A stretch of 64,000 nt of DNA from Guillardia theta CCMP2712. Lineage: Eukaryota; Protista; Cryptophyta. The notes beneath the pieces are model-generated. The model was given only the letters and a program-made list of their open reading frames with translations. It did not search any database and was not told where the DNA came from. The DNA lies in NCBI RefSeq assembly GCF_000315625.1, contig NW_005434666.1:197781-261780 (forward strand), in the 5' to 3' direction. Positions 30,176-42,519 of this stretch are shown here, piece by piece (within the stretch, counting starts at the first letter, position 1; every line of letters begins with the position of its first letter). The translations under genes were made by a program, and so were the position numbers.

Positions 30176-31849
30176 AACAACTGGCAGGTCGTGTACTGGA
30201 GTGCAAGACGAGTTGATCTCAACCTTAATGCGCCTGACGTGAGAGGTGGCGGTGGAAACGATCATCTCCCGCAACGGTTTGACATTGGTGTCCATCTACA
30301 ACAGAGTATGAGCTGTCAGGGGAAGAGGAAGGGAACAGAGACGTGGCAAAAAACTCGAGCACCCTCTTAGGAACAGGAGGGAGGCAGAGGAGGTGGGAGG
30401 AGGAGGGGCAGGCCGAAGGAGCAAAGGATCGGGAGAGAGCAGGATTGGAATCACCTGAGAGATGAAGCGAGTGATGTGCTGGATCGTCGCGCCGACGCCG
30501 GCATCCTTGGAGGAGGAGCATCAGCAGCAGCAAGAGGAGGAGGAGCGTCCTTGTACCTCAGGCCAGAGGCCGTAAGCCTTCAGGTTGACGTCCGACCGCT
30601 CTGACTCGACGTAACTGCAAGGCAGGTGAGCTTCGATAGGAGGAAGCCAAGGAGCGATGAGGGATGTGACTGAGTGAAACGAGAGGATTGAGGAGGTGAT
30701 GGGGAGAATTCAACATGTTGAAGATGGCGCAAATTTAGCGGAGGGCAGGTGTAAGAATGGAAGGAGCATGTAAGAGATGGAGGGGGAGAAGGAGGGGGTA
30801 TCGAAGTCCACAAAAGGAAGGGGAGGGGTAGGTTGAGAGCTGCCCACGTCTTCAGATCCATGCAAGCAATGTGGACAAGCAGCTTCGCTATGGCAACCTT
30901 GACGAAATGCGGGATGGGCCCTGCAGGGAGAAAGCGAGTGAGACGAGGAAAGAGAAGATAGCTCCTCACCCGAGATGTCGGCAGAGACTGTAAAGAACAC
31001 TTGAGTAGAGTTGGAGGATATCTCTTTAAGAGTATATTCGCCCTGTAAAAGACAAAATCAGACAAGTCGAGAGAAAGACAGCGGACGGCAGAGCAGAGGA
31101 GAGAGCAGAGCAGAGCACAAGGCTGAATGTGCATCTCATGCGCAACAGCAATGAGGCAGCAAGCTCGATTGCGGGTTCCTCCTCCTCACCCTCAGCATCT
31201 TGATCAGCCTGGTCGAGTGGACGTTGCGGAAAGCAACACGAGAAGGAGCGTTCATTGCCCAGTACCTGACATGAAGTGTGACCACAAATGTCCTCCTACC
31301 TCAAACAGCCTCACATGGAGAAGTAGAATTTGAGGCCGAAACACCCCGTGATGTACTGGATCTCCCAGAATGTCGGGGAGCTTTGCTTGATCACCATGTC
31401 TTTGATCCCATCCCCCGACCAATCGTTGTAGTGCTTGAAGTCTGTAATGACCTTGTAGATCTTCTTGATGGGCGCGTTGATCTGTCCCATTCACAACTCA
31501 GTCCCGCTAGCATCAGCGGCTGCTCTCAGCAGCCTTGAGGTCAGTCGCAGGTCACCGTGATAGTTCGCTCCATGCGCCCTATCCTAGATTTCGTCCGTTT
31601 CCCGTCGTGATTCTCCTCCCCGTGCTGGTGGGTAAAGCAGGATCCGAAGCACTGGAATACCGAGTCCAACCAGCCCCCCCCTCGCAGCCGCAAAGTCTGC
31701 GCCGTCATGAGCCGAGAAGCCAATCTGCACGGGACATTAGAGGACATAAAAGGATTTTGGACGGCAATAGCTCACCTCTCAGAGTCGCAGCACCCAACCT
31801 GCACGCACAACAGGGCCAGGGCGAAGAGAGCGAAATACTGCCTCGCCAT
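29642..31849 (-). CDS. Signal peptide + LRLRGG leader + START/SRPBCC (polyketide cyclase/Coq10-like) domain protein with a C-terminal hydrophobic helix
   Basis: Spliced: MARQYFALFALALLCVQVGCCDSERLASRLMTAQTLRLRGGGWLDSVFQCFGSCF...ERTITINAPIKKIYKVITDFKHYNDW...GEYTLKEISSNSTQVFFTVSADISGPIPHFVKVAIAKLL...LRIAALGWIASNSLKVIQSARKSAT*. Confidence 0.8.
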
Positions 31850-32214
31850 CGTGCCACCACGTTCTATGTCGAGCAACCTGTTACTCTCCCCTATCGTTCA
31901 TCCTTCTCTCCGCTTTCTTCACCTCGTCGGGGGGGCAGCAAGCTGTTCACGGCCCACGGGGAAGCTCCATCTAGCGATCCGCCTGCTGCTCAGCGGGGCA
32001 TAAAAATGGTCAAAATCAGCGCCATGGCTCATTTTGCACAACAATCTTCATGCGCATCCTTGATCTATCATCATATCCTTGTCTGCCTTCTCCTGTCTGC
32101 CCTCTCCCCCTCCCCATCTCTCAGCCCCCAGCCCCTCGCCTGGTTGCTCCCCATGCTGTGCATTCCGCCGGTTCAATCTTTCGTTACAGATGGCTACAAA
32201 AAACCGTTACTTCA

Positions 32215-32530
32215 TGGGGCCGGGCCGGGCCGCCCGGCCCGGCCGGGGCGGGGCCGTGTACTTCCGCCGGGTCCGATCCGACACGGTGGAGTCACACCGT
32301 AAGACGATGGCACGCCGCGGTGAGTCGGGCCGCCGTGGCGCAGTCTAAGCTCAGTGGGACTCGCAGGCTCTGCCGACGGTGACTCAGTGACTCGCCGCAT
32401 CTAAGGCTCAGGCTCAGCCCCGACGGTGCGAGCCTGTCTACTCGCGCCCGATCCGATGATCAACGGTCACTAGCAGCGCTGTAAAGTGCTGGGGCCACTG
32501 CCGCCGCGCCGAGGTGGGGCGTGCCACTCA
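32215..32530. promoter_or_regulatory. GC-rich palindromic island upstream of the START-domain gene
   Basis: ggggccgggccgggccgcccggcccggccggggcggggcc plus GACTCAG/CTCAG stutters. Similar islands precede several other gene starts. The regulatory role is inferred. Confidence 0.4.
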
Positions 32531-33895
32531 ATTTCATGGCCCATGCCACAAACGATTCACGGCGGAAAAACTGTACTCACTCCACTGATCGGACCTCTAC
32601 AGGCTAAGCGGTACGATGCACGGGCCCATTTCGAGAGACGGATGGCACCAGGAATATCATATAAAGGATCCGAATGGGCCCGCGCCACTACCACCCACCC
32701 AATACAAAAGACTACCCTACCTTTCAAGAGAAGAGTTATGATCTGAATCAAGAATACCCCGAAAATCGTGAGTATTTACCCGTCGTTTGCCCCAAGTACC
32801 CACCCCCCTTTATCAAGCTTTCCTCCTGCTACCCCCACCACAGCAGTTCGCTCACATAGAAGGGACCGGTCACGCACGAGAAAACCCTCTTTTGATACTT
32901 TACTATAGAACGAACTGGAGGGAGGAAGGCGAAAACATTCCTTTTCGAGCAATTCGCACTTGCAAGGCCCCCCGGGGGGGTGTTTGCGAATCGGGTATGC
33001 ATCCCTACCTGCCAGTATCAATCTTCTTCTATAGGCAATGACCGGTATCTTCATGACCCCCACCCCCCCAGTTTACCCTTTACCTGGCCTCCGATTTAAT
33101 AAATAAATCCCGCGCCCCCATTTATTTTATCACTCCTTTACAAGTACTGCATCGTCACCTACCCCCACCACCTTCGTTGCCCCCACCCCTACCTGATGGA
33201 AATTCAAATGCTCAATCGATTCATGTGGTACTCTAGACCCCTCCTTGAGAGCTTCAATTTAGGGGTCCATGGGTGGTACTTGCAGTTTTGGTACCCGTGG
33301 AAGGATCTCAGACCAACCCTTCACCCACAATCATGTAGGGGATTTACTACCCTTACCCCCTTTTTTAGCCACCCCTACCCCCATTCGCTGACAACGTCCC
33401 CCATCCCCCCGTTCGAACGAGCGAACATGTGAACGATTTGTTCGGGAGAAACGACGGAGCAAAACATGGGAGGAGAGAGGAGGAGGAGGCAGCGAGATGG
33501 AGGAAGGAACTGAGCAAAGGTTTTATGTCAAAGAAGCACGACCAGAACTTGAAAGGCAGTCTGTGAGTGAGGAGAATTGCTACCGCCATGTTAGAGGGTG
33601 GTAAGAATAGCATAAGATGTGATGAATGCCGTATGAAGCTGGATTGTAGAATGAAGTCAGAAGTAGGTGGGGTTAAAAGCGATTGAGGAGAGGGTCATTG
33701 TTTGTGGTCTTACTTCAAGACCGCCTTTCCCTTTATCAGTAATAAGCCTGCTCTTCTGATAAGATGTAGCTGGACATAACATTCCTCTTCACATCAAATA
33801 ATTGTTTTCCATCGTTTTAACCAGCAGACATCAGCGTCTGACACAGCTTCAGTCGTTTTCGCAACCTGACGCAAGCGTCATTGTGCAGATCTCGC

Positions 33896-36143
33896 ATGGA
33901 TACCGCAGAGCGACAGCTGCCATCAGTTTCCTCCTTGTTGCAATGGGCTCGAAGTGAGAACCAAAATGCAGCGCAGAGGAACTTTCCTCTTTCGTTTCAC
34001 CTCAGGGGAGACGTGAAGGTGCAGCAGCAGTCTCTACTAGGAGGAGAGGGGGAGTGGAGGGGCCTGCCGCTTCCCGAGAGCGTCATAGATCAGGCGATGC
34101 AGGAGCTCCCCCAGGGATCGCGCGTCGCTCTTCATTCTTGCATCTTTGCTTATAAGGTGAGGAAAGAAACGAGGGAGAGGGAGAGAGGAAGAGCCGTGTG
34201 CTAGCAAGAGGGCGTCTGACTGTGCGTTACCAGGAACGAAGACTGTCCGACACGGACTTTCTTCACTTCGCCAAGTCGCTGTCAAGGTGATTCGCTGCCT
34301 TGAGTTCTGATCAGCCCTGACCCTTGTCGATGCTCCAGTCAGAGCATGTCCCTCATGTCAGCGCTCAACCCACAGCTGCTGGGGCAGCCAGCCATGGTAG
34401 GAAAAGTTTCTAGTGGCTCCTTAAGCTATGGGCTGACATGTTGCCGGCAGGGCTTCTTGCATCGTGGGTTTGATCCTCGCCTGACCCTGACCTCTCAACC
34501 TCCGCCTCTTCCTCCTCCTCACGCTCTTTCCCCCCACTCCCTCGTGCCAGCGGTCAGCGGCTACTGTCCTGATGCCGCGGAGAGCGTTTACCCAGCAAAG
34601 AGGCAGAGGGTCGGAGAACAGCAGGTAGTTGTGGAGGGAGCTATTAGGAGTCTGCTGCAGCAGGAGGAGCACGGAGTGGCTTGGAAGAGACCAGCTTTCC
34701 CCCTCAACTTGAATCTTTCCTCGCTCCCCATGCAGCTGCTCGCAGAGAACGCGCAGGTTTCCATGCAGTCCAACTCCTCCTCTTCCTCCTCCACCTCGCC
34801 CGGAAGTCTATCGGGGGTTATCACCCCCACCAGCAAAATCCTTGCTCTGCGTCAGATTGTGACAGCAAAGGAGGAGGAGCCGAGGGAGGCTGGGGAGGAA
34901 GAGATTGAGGACAAACTCAAAAAGCTCGGGGAACTGGCATCGAGCATGTCAGCCAGCAAGGAACCTCCGAGCAAGCCTGCGGAAGGGAAGGAGGAGGCGG
35001 AGGGGAAGGAGCTAGGGAAGGAGGCGAGGGAGGAGCGGGTGATCAAGACTGGGGTCGAGGCTCCTCTACTTAGCATGTGGGTCGGAGGCTCCCATCTCGT
35101 GGAGAGCTTTGGGTCCGAGGAGAACAGCGCGCACAACAAGTACTGTCACTTCTGCCAGCATATCAAGGTGAGTGGCTGGTTGAAGGGCAGGATGACAAAG
35201 CGGGAAGGGAAGAGGAGGAAGAAAAGGGGAATCCAGGACAAGGAGGGGGGAGGACGAGGACGATAGAAGTGAAGGAAGCAGCAGCAGCCGTAAGTTTCCC
35301 GTCGCTGAACCTCTTGCTCCAGGTCAAACGCGCCTCGTCCATGCTGGCGTGCGAGAACCGTGGATGCAACCGACGCTTCTGCGAGCATTGCCTCAACACC
35401 CACATCGCTGACCCGAGCTCGACAGTGGAGTGGAGGAGGAGGGGGATCCCCTGGCACTGCCCCATCTGCAGGAAGACCTGCTGCTGTGCCATGCGGGAGT
35501 GCGGGAAGTCACATCGACATTGCAAGGCTTACAGGTTGGCCCCTCAACCTTCCTCCTCCCCCTTGGCTTCCTCCTGTCCAGTCCGATCTCATTCTCCCAG
35601 AATCTCCAATACTCCCTACCTCCTCTTTGTCCTCTCCAGCTCTCACAGCTCCTTATCCTCTCCCCCCCCACCCCCCCCTTGAACCTACCCTCCCCTTCTT
35701 TAAGAGATGACTTCTCTCCACACTGATATTCTCTCCCCAGGTATAGGAGGAAGCGAGCTCAACAAGCCGAAGTCGATACCTCTCCAACTCCTGAGCTACC
35801 CTCCATGCAGGTTGCCTGCTGCTCCTCCCTTCCCTGCTCTCAGCTGTATTCCTCCTTCCCTCTCCTGACCCTTTTCTCCCTCCTCCTCCTCCTCCTCCTC
35901 CTCCTCCTCCTCCTCCTCCTCCTCCTCCTCCTCCTCCTCTTCCTCCTTCTTTCCTCGCTGTTGCTGACTCTCTCCCAACAGAAGGAACCACCTCTTACTC
36001 ACTCTCATCTTCACTTCTCTCACCCTCACTTCCCCCACCCCGCCGGCCCATTCGCTCTTCCCGGCATGATCGGAGGTTTGCGCCTTCTTCAGCTTCCCAG
36101 CTCTGACCCTTTCCCCCAGCCATCCATCCCCAGCACCTCATAA
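33896..36143 (+). CDS. Cys-rich zinc-finger protein (zf-4CXXC_R1/CDCA7-like finger), probable nuclear regulator
   Basis: Spliced KYCHFCQHIK/VKRASSMLACENRGCNRRFCEHCL...WHCPICRKTCCCAMRECGKSHRHCKAY/RYRRKRA, plus an NLS-like PAKRQR. Confidence 0.75.
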
Positions 36144-36410
36144 GGCCCTTCTACTCAGCTGGGATGTAGCTGGTAGGGGGCTCTGGACTTCGCACGTGGG
36201 AGCCTGCTAAACTTTGTTGATTATTTTTTTTGACTGATTATATGCATGAAAACTTGTAAGGACGCGAAAATACATCTTTCCCCCTCCTCCCTCCTCCCTT
36301 CTCCCTCCTCCTCTATTTCTTTCCCGCTCTCAAGGTGGTGGAGGTGGTGGTGGAGGAGGAGGCGGAGGCGGAGGAGAATTGTTGCAAGGAACTGCTGGTA
36401 GTCACATGCT

Positions 36411-39400
36411 TCACTTCCTCAACTTCTGCTCGAGGTCTTTCTTCATCTCGCTGATCCGGAGCTGCTGATCGATCTGCCGCAGCCTCTCAGAACGGGAGGA
36501 GGAGGCGGAGACGGTCACCTGTGCTGCTGCCTCGCTAGGCAGGCTGGAGAGGGCGGCAAGAGCAAGATGGAGGCTGATACTCAGTCAGTCCCATCCCTCC
36601 CTCCTTCGTTGCTCTCTCGTCATCCTCCTCCACCTCATCCTCCTCCTTCTCCTCATCGATCTTCCCCCGCCTCCTCCCTCACACTTTCTCCCTCCCCGGA
36701 TGATCTTCTGCTATGTTCAGGCAGGGAACTCACTGCTCTATGGCCCTCCCGCCTTCCCCGTTGTTTCTGTACATCACAGCAGCGTCCTGCCCAACAAATC
36801 AGCCCCAACTTCTTATCTTTCCCTCTCTCCCATCCCTCCCCGTCCTCTCTCCTCCCTCCCCTTCCTCCCCTCACACAGTCTACTCTTCTCCGTCCCTCTC
36901 CTCCCCAACTCACCTTGAGCGAGATGGCGAGCAGCCCCCACTGACCGAGCATGTGTCATACTCTCTGCAGCTCCGGCCTCCTCCTCACCTGCTCCTTCTC
37001 CCTCCAGATCTTGCTGCACCGCTCGTAGACCGGCCCTGCCTCCGTCACCTGAGCATCCCTCAGAGGAAATGGAACCCAAGCAGAACCTTACCTGCCCGCT
37101 GTTGCGCAGTAGCAACGCGAAGTTGTGGAGAGTCTGAGCGACCTCGGGGCTATCGGGTCCCTTGAGCTGGAGAAGGAGGAGGAGGAGGAGGAGGAGGAGG
37201 AGGAGGAGGAGGAGGAGGAGGAGGAGGAGGAACTTATTTCACTTCATGAGCTCTTGTGAAGCAGAGCTACCTGCTCACGGATGGCCAGGGCTCGCTCGAA
37301 GCACTTTCTGGATTCCTCGTACCTTGGTGCTGGTCAGATGAGAATGAGGGGCAAGAGAAGAGATGAGAGAAAGATGCGAATAGAAGAGAGGGCGGACAGA
37401 ATGATTGGGAAAAATACAAAGTATTGAGGAGGAGGAGGAGGAGGAGGAGGAGGAGGAGGAGGAGGAGGAGGAGAAAAGGAAGGGAACCGGCTGAGAGGTC
37501 CAAGAGCAAGGCCAAGGTTACTCAAAGCAGTCGCGTACTCCAAGCTCTCAACCCCCTGATACATGAACAAAGTCAACCGGCACCTCCTCCCTCGCCCTCC
37601 TCTTTTCTTCTCCCTCCTTCCCTGCTCCTTCCCGTCGCTTGTGCTTCATTCACCCTCCCAAGTTCCTTCCCTTCACATCCCATCGGACTCCAACTCCTCC
37701 CCTCCCCCAACCCCAGCCTTCTCCTCTCCTCCTCCTCCTCCCTCCTCCTCCCTCCTCTCTGGCAACATGCAATCCTCACCTTTACGTGCTTGCTCAACGC
37801 CTCCCCTTTCTCACACCACACCAACATCTTCTGCCAATTTCCTCTGAACCCCAGGACGAGAAAGCAGCAATACACGTTCAGGTGACAAGAAGACATCGCA
37901 AGGTGTCGACTGACACTGAAGAACTCACAAACTCTTGTAGAGCATGACGTAGCTCTCGATGAAGACAATGAGGGACCAAGAGTTCTCTCCCGCCTGCAAT
38001 GGGCTACAACATCATCGCAAACATGTCACACCCTCACACTGGACCTTCTCCTTCAGTTTGTTGTACATCTGCTCCAGAAGAACCTCCGCTAGATCATGCT
38101 GATTGACATTGAGACAGGGAGGGACAGTGCATAGTGAGCCATGAGGGAGCGAGGAAGGATTGCAGATGAAGGATGGTAAAGGTCAACAAAGGGAGCATGC
38201 ATACGGAAGAGGACGAGGAGCAGGAGGAGCAGGAGGAGGAAGAGGAGGAAAGGAGGAGCAGGAGGAGGAGAAGCAACAGGAGCAGGAGGAGGAGAAGGAG
38301 GAGGAGAATGAGGATGATAACAGTAAGATTCGAGCAGCAGCAGAGAACAACTGCAGCTGACCTTCCCTGACATCATGAGCTGAGAAACCATGGCTGTCAG
38401 CTGATGGCTTGACTCCTCGACACACTGACAAACTGAGTGAATGATCTCCAGAGCAGCAAGTACAAACTCACAACAAGGTTTGAATCAAGCTTGATCGCTT
38501 GCGACATCGACTGAATGGCCTCGTGGAACTGTTGACAAGAATACCATCAGAAACGCAAGAGAGGAGACAAGCTGAGATGTTTCACTTCACCTTCCCCGTT
38601 GACAGTTTGTTGCACGCTTGCTGAAACGGAAATCAGATGATGCAGGTAAAGACATTCCAAGTAGACAACCCCCCCCCCCCCCTTCAACCCCCCCTTCCTC
38701 CTACCCTTTCCTTGCTCTCCCCCGCCGATCCTTCTTCTCCCGGTGATAACAATCGCTCACCTTGACCAAGGTTGCAGCTTTGTCGTTCACTTTGATCTTT
38801 TGACCATCGGCTAGCACAAACAGTTGTCAACAATCGTCAACTTGGCAGGTATGCCAATTCCCCTCATCCCCCTTTCTCAGCTCTCGAACATCCCACAAAC
38901 ATCCCATCTCCAAAACAGTCCAGCTCTCTTTATCTCCCTCCTTCTCCTTCTCTCCCTCCTCTCTTACTCGTGTGAATCTCGACCGGGCGGCTGGAGTTTT
39001 CGGAGAGAGGAGCGTTGTCTTTCCTGCTTGAGCTGAGGGCGGCGGAGGGGATCAACGCCGTAAGGATTTCTTGCAGCCCTTCTTGCAAGCTCTTGATATC
39101 CCCAATAGACACCTCGTGCTGTTTGAACTGAAAGAAACACAGTGAGCAGGAGAATGTTTCTATGGGGGAGGGAAAACACATCGTACGCGCAGCAGCACGC
39201 CGGTGAGTTAGAAGTTGAGAAGGAAAGAAGGAATCATACCAGGTTTGACAGATCCTCGCCTCCCAATCGTATTGCAGACGATTCAACCTGAGACAGCAGA
39301 ATGAAAATCTTCTTGTCCGTTGCTCCGGTCACTCAACCTCCTCTTTCTTGACGAGCTGACAAGCTCCGTCCACCCCCAGCTCAACTCCAAGAAATCTCGC

Positions 39401-40687
39401 TATCATCTGCACGATGTCCCAGTCTGTCCATCCCCCCTTGTCCTCCGGGTGCACAAACCTAGAAGCCGAACGAAGTAGATGCACAACGGACTTCAGAAGG
39501 GAAACCAACGAGCGCAAGTTTCTCACCCGTAGTGCCAGACCCCTCTCACTTCCCTTCCTGCCTTCACTCTGATCTCAGACAAAAACACACAGGCTCTCGC
39601 CACGTCTTTCGCAAATGCTGGGAACCGCTTATTCGTCCCATCGACTCGCTCGCCTACCTGCAACCTGTGTCGCCACCAACCACCCAGCAAGAAGCCCCAG
39701 CCCTTACCTTCACCCTCGGGAAGACAGCCTTGGTCAAGATCGTTATGGGCGATTCACCTTGAAGACTATCAGCAATCCCTCGCATTCCCATCAGATAATA
39801 GTGCAACCGATCTTTTCCAATGGCCCGTAGAGAGCCGGAACCCTTAGAACACCGCAGTCCCCGCCCGTTGCCCTCACTAGCGCAGCCTCGCACGCTACCT
39901 GCTCATCCGTCCCTTGTCACTTTGAAGCCGCAGGAGGGAGAAGCTACAACCTTGCGTGCTGCTCCTGCTGAGATCGGACAAACCTTGTCTGCTGGGGACA
40001 ACGGAATTTCTCTCCCCTGCAGGCGAGGCAGTCAGGAAGAGTCGAGGTAATGAAAGGGCAACCTTGCATCCTTCAAAGACCTGGTCGCATGATACATATA
40101 GGATCCAAGCTCCTCCTGCTGCTGCTAGTTTGCCGAACTGTGCATAGCATCAGAGCGCGGCGACCGTGCCCGGTAGACCGTACCTGCTCAATGTGCTGGG
40201 TATCTGGTTCGCCGGAGGAGGGATTCTCGCTGTCTTGACTTGTAAAGGAGGAGACGATGAGTTGTATGCTTCCCGTTGTCATCACAACTACTCACTCTCT
40301 TATCTCGTTGATGCACATGACGACAACTTGTGGCTCAAACTCCACAAACATCTGAGAGACCTGAGGGATCCACGACTAGCAGTCAGGAGCAGCGTGACCT
40401 TCCACACGAGAGAGAAACCTTGTCCGTATCATGCACGTCTAGGTGAGTCAGAGCATTCTTCACCCTCGTGCACGCAGTCCCTCTCACCTGCACATGAAAA
40501 GGGATCCTCAACTACGAAAAGGATAGTTGCCAACAAGACATCAACTAGAATCATCACAACTGTATGGGATCTCCCTAGGTGATCGCATGTCTAGCTTGTC
40601 ATCTGTTACCTCGTGTCCTTGACATCTGTACGCCTCCACCAGCTGCCTCCCGAGCAGCCCGCTCCCTCCGACCACAACAACTCGCAT
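36411..40687 (-). CDS. RmlD/MAT2B-like SDR domain fused to C-terminal TPR repeats
   Basis: Spliced MRVVVVGGSGLLGRQL...LDVHD...ILYVSCDQVFEG...VLRVPALYGP...KRFPAFAKDVARAC...RGVWHYG, then TPR exons (EYATALSNLGLAL; YEESRKCFERALAIREQ; KGPDSPEVAQTLHNFALLL), ending DLEQKLRK*. Confidence 0.75.
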
Positions 40688-41373
40688 TGTCTGGGATAAA
40701 ATTTTGGTTGAGTCATTCCCTTCACTCAAAGTTAAGTTAAAAATCAGTACGAGCTGCTACTTTTAACTTTCAGTTCAGTATCCAACTCTAAGGCGGCACC
40801 GGCGACCCGGGCCCCGGGCCGAGTCGGCGGCGGTGTGCGGCAAATATTTTTTACTCAAGTGATCCGACCCGGCGCGGGCCCGGGCCCAGCGCCGTTCAAA
40901 AATTCATCTGCACGCGCTTTCACGATGGCAGGGTGAGGAGAGGGAGAGGAGCAGGAGGAGCAGGAGGAGCAGGAGGAGCAGGAGGAGCAGGAGGAGCAGG
41001 ATAATGTGGGTGGTGGAGGAGGAGGGGGTGGTGGAGGAGGAGGAGCAGGAGGAGGAGGGGGATGGTCGGAATAAGCTCAAGAGATTATTTGATTGGGGAA
41101 AGAGAGAAGAATCGGCGAAGATGCAGTTCTTGTGCGGCAGGGAGGGAGGGAGGGAGGAGGGGAAGAGGGATGAGCAAGACACGAGGGCTCTGACTTTGGG
41201 GTTCTGAAGGAAGAGCGAGTGGTGAAGAGCTGTGCTTGTTGTGAACTACGGAAAGGGAGCGAGAGAACGAAAGAAGCTATTGCGAGAAGTCCTGCTTGAA
41301 TCGACCAGGTGCTCCTTCGGTGCTGCATGAAAGAGCTGGGTTGATGGGATGGGTTGCAGCGTTGTCTTCCACG

Positions 41374-42464
41374 ATGGCTTTTAACGTGAAGATGTTCATC
41401 ACTCCTCTTCTGGTCTACATTGTCAACTCAGCCGACATTGACTGGTGTGTTGCTGCTTGCTCGAGGTCTTGCACGTTGTTGTGAAGCTGTTCAATCCACC
41501 AGGACGGACGAGACTTACGTCCTGATCGTGCGGTCTACCTTTGCTGCGGTCATCGCCGCTGTCGTCTTGGTGAGGATGCTGCTTCCTCTATAGCTGGGGG
41601 TTGAACAGAAGGCAGTTGAAGCTCTGGTTGTTCTCCCAAGTCAACAAGGCGGCTGACGAGAGGCGCGTCAAGATCAAACCGACCAAGCTCGAGCCCGAAG
41701 GTGGGGAGGAACGGCAGAGTGCTCCGACTCGCAGCTGATGGCGAAGCAGGAAGGGACGTCTCTGTCCGCGAGCATGACATCGAGAAGCTGTCTCAGGCGC
41801 TGAGGTTGCCTTGACCTGAACCGATCGATGACGAGCCTGACTGCAGGGCAGGACCCTGGTCATGGGAGTAGGCATCACCGGTGCATGCTTTCACTCGCGC
41901 TCCCCCCCTCTGCTCACTCTGCTCCAGTGATCCTGCACATTCGTAACCAGTGGGTCCTCCCCATGATCATCCAAATCTTTCATCAGGTCCCCCCCTCCCT
42001 CCTCCCTCTCCCATGACGTCCTGGCAGCCGCTGGCTCTCTATGACTATCCGCTCTTCAAGATCTTCGTCCTTGGTTACAAAGGTCCCGCTCCCGTCTTCC
42101 CTCCCGTATGGGGCTGAACTTCCCGCAGACACTGGGGACAGCAACCCGTTGAAGCGACCCTGGGCAGGTGAAAATCCAGGTGGGCGCGATGAGCAAGCAG
42201 GGTGGGGGGAAGCTGAGGCCTTGCCGTCAGTGTTTGCAGACATCTGGAAGCAGGCTCAGATGATGAGCGATCCGAACTATCAGGCTGTCAGTTCCAACGG
42301 CAGGCTGTGAGGTGGTTGGTGATGTTGGTGTGCAGAATGAGAGGAAGGCCGAGAAGAAGAAGGCTGGTAAGCTCAACAAGCAAGTGAGTCCTCTGCCGTC
42401 TCTGTTGGTCGCCTCCCTTGTGACAAAGAGACTATGTCTGCAGCTGCAGCGATCTAGGCGGTGA
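41374..42464 (+). CDS. SND3: Pho88/Snd3 family ER membrane protein (SRP-independent targeting)
   Basis: Spliced MAFNVKMFITPLLVYIVNSADIDW/TDETYVLIVRSTFAA...SVREHDIEKLSQAL...VMGVGIT/VILHIRNQWVLPMIIQIFHQ/PLALYDYPLFKIFVL...NPLKRPWA...PSVF. This matches the Pho88 pattern (TVxxYD, MH, P-L, LKRPF). Confidence 0.82.
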
Positions 42465-42519
42465 GCAAGGGTTGGCGAGAGGATTCAATCATAACACATT
42501 AATGAATGTCAAGATTTGA

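Noticed and set aside
17657-31849. Two cyclase-fold genes plus GME, an RmlD-like gene and LpxK as a biosynthetic cluster
   Set aside because: They are interspersed with unrelated housekeeping genes, there is no synthase or transferase core, and the RmlD-like domain looks non-catalytic.
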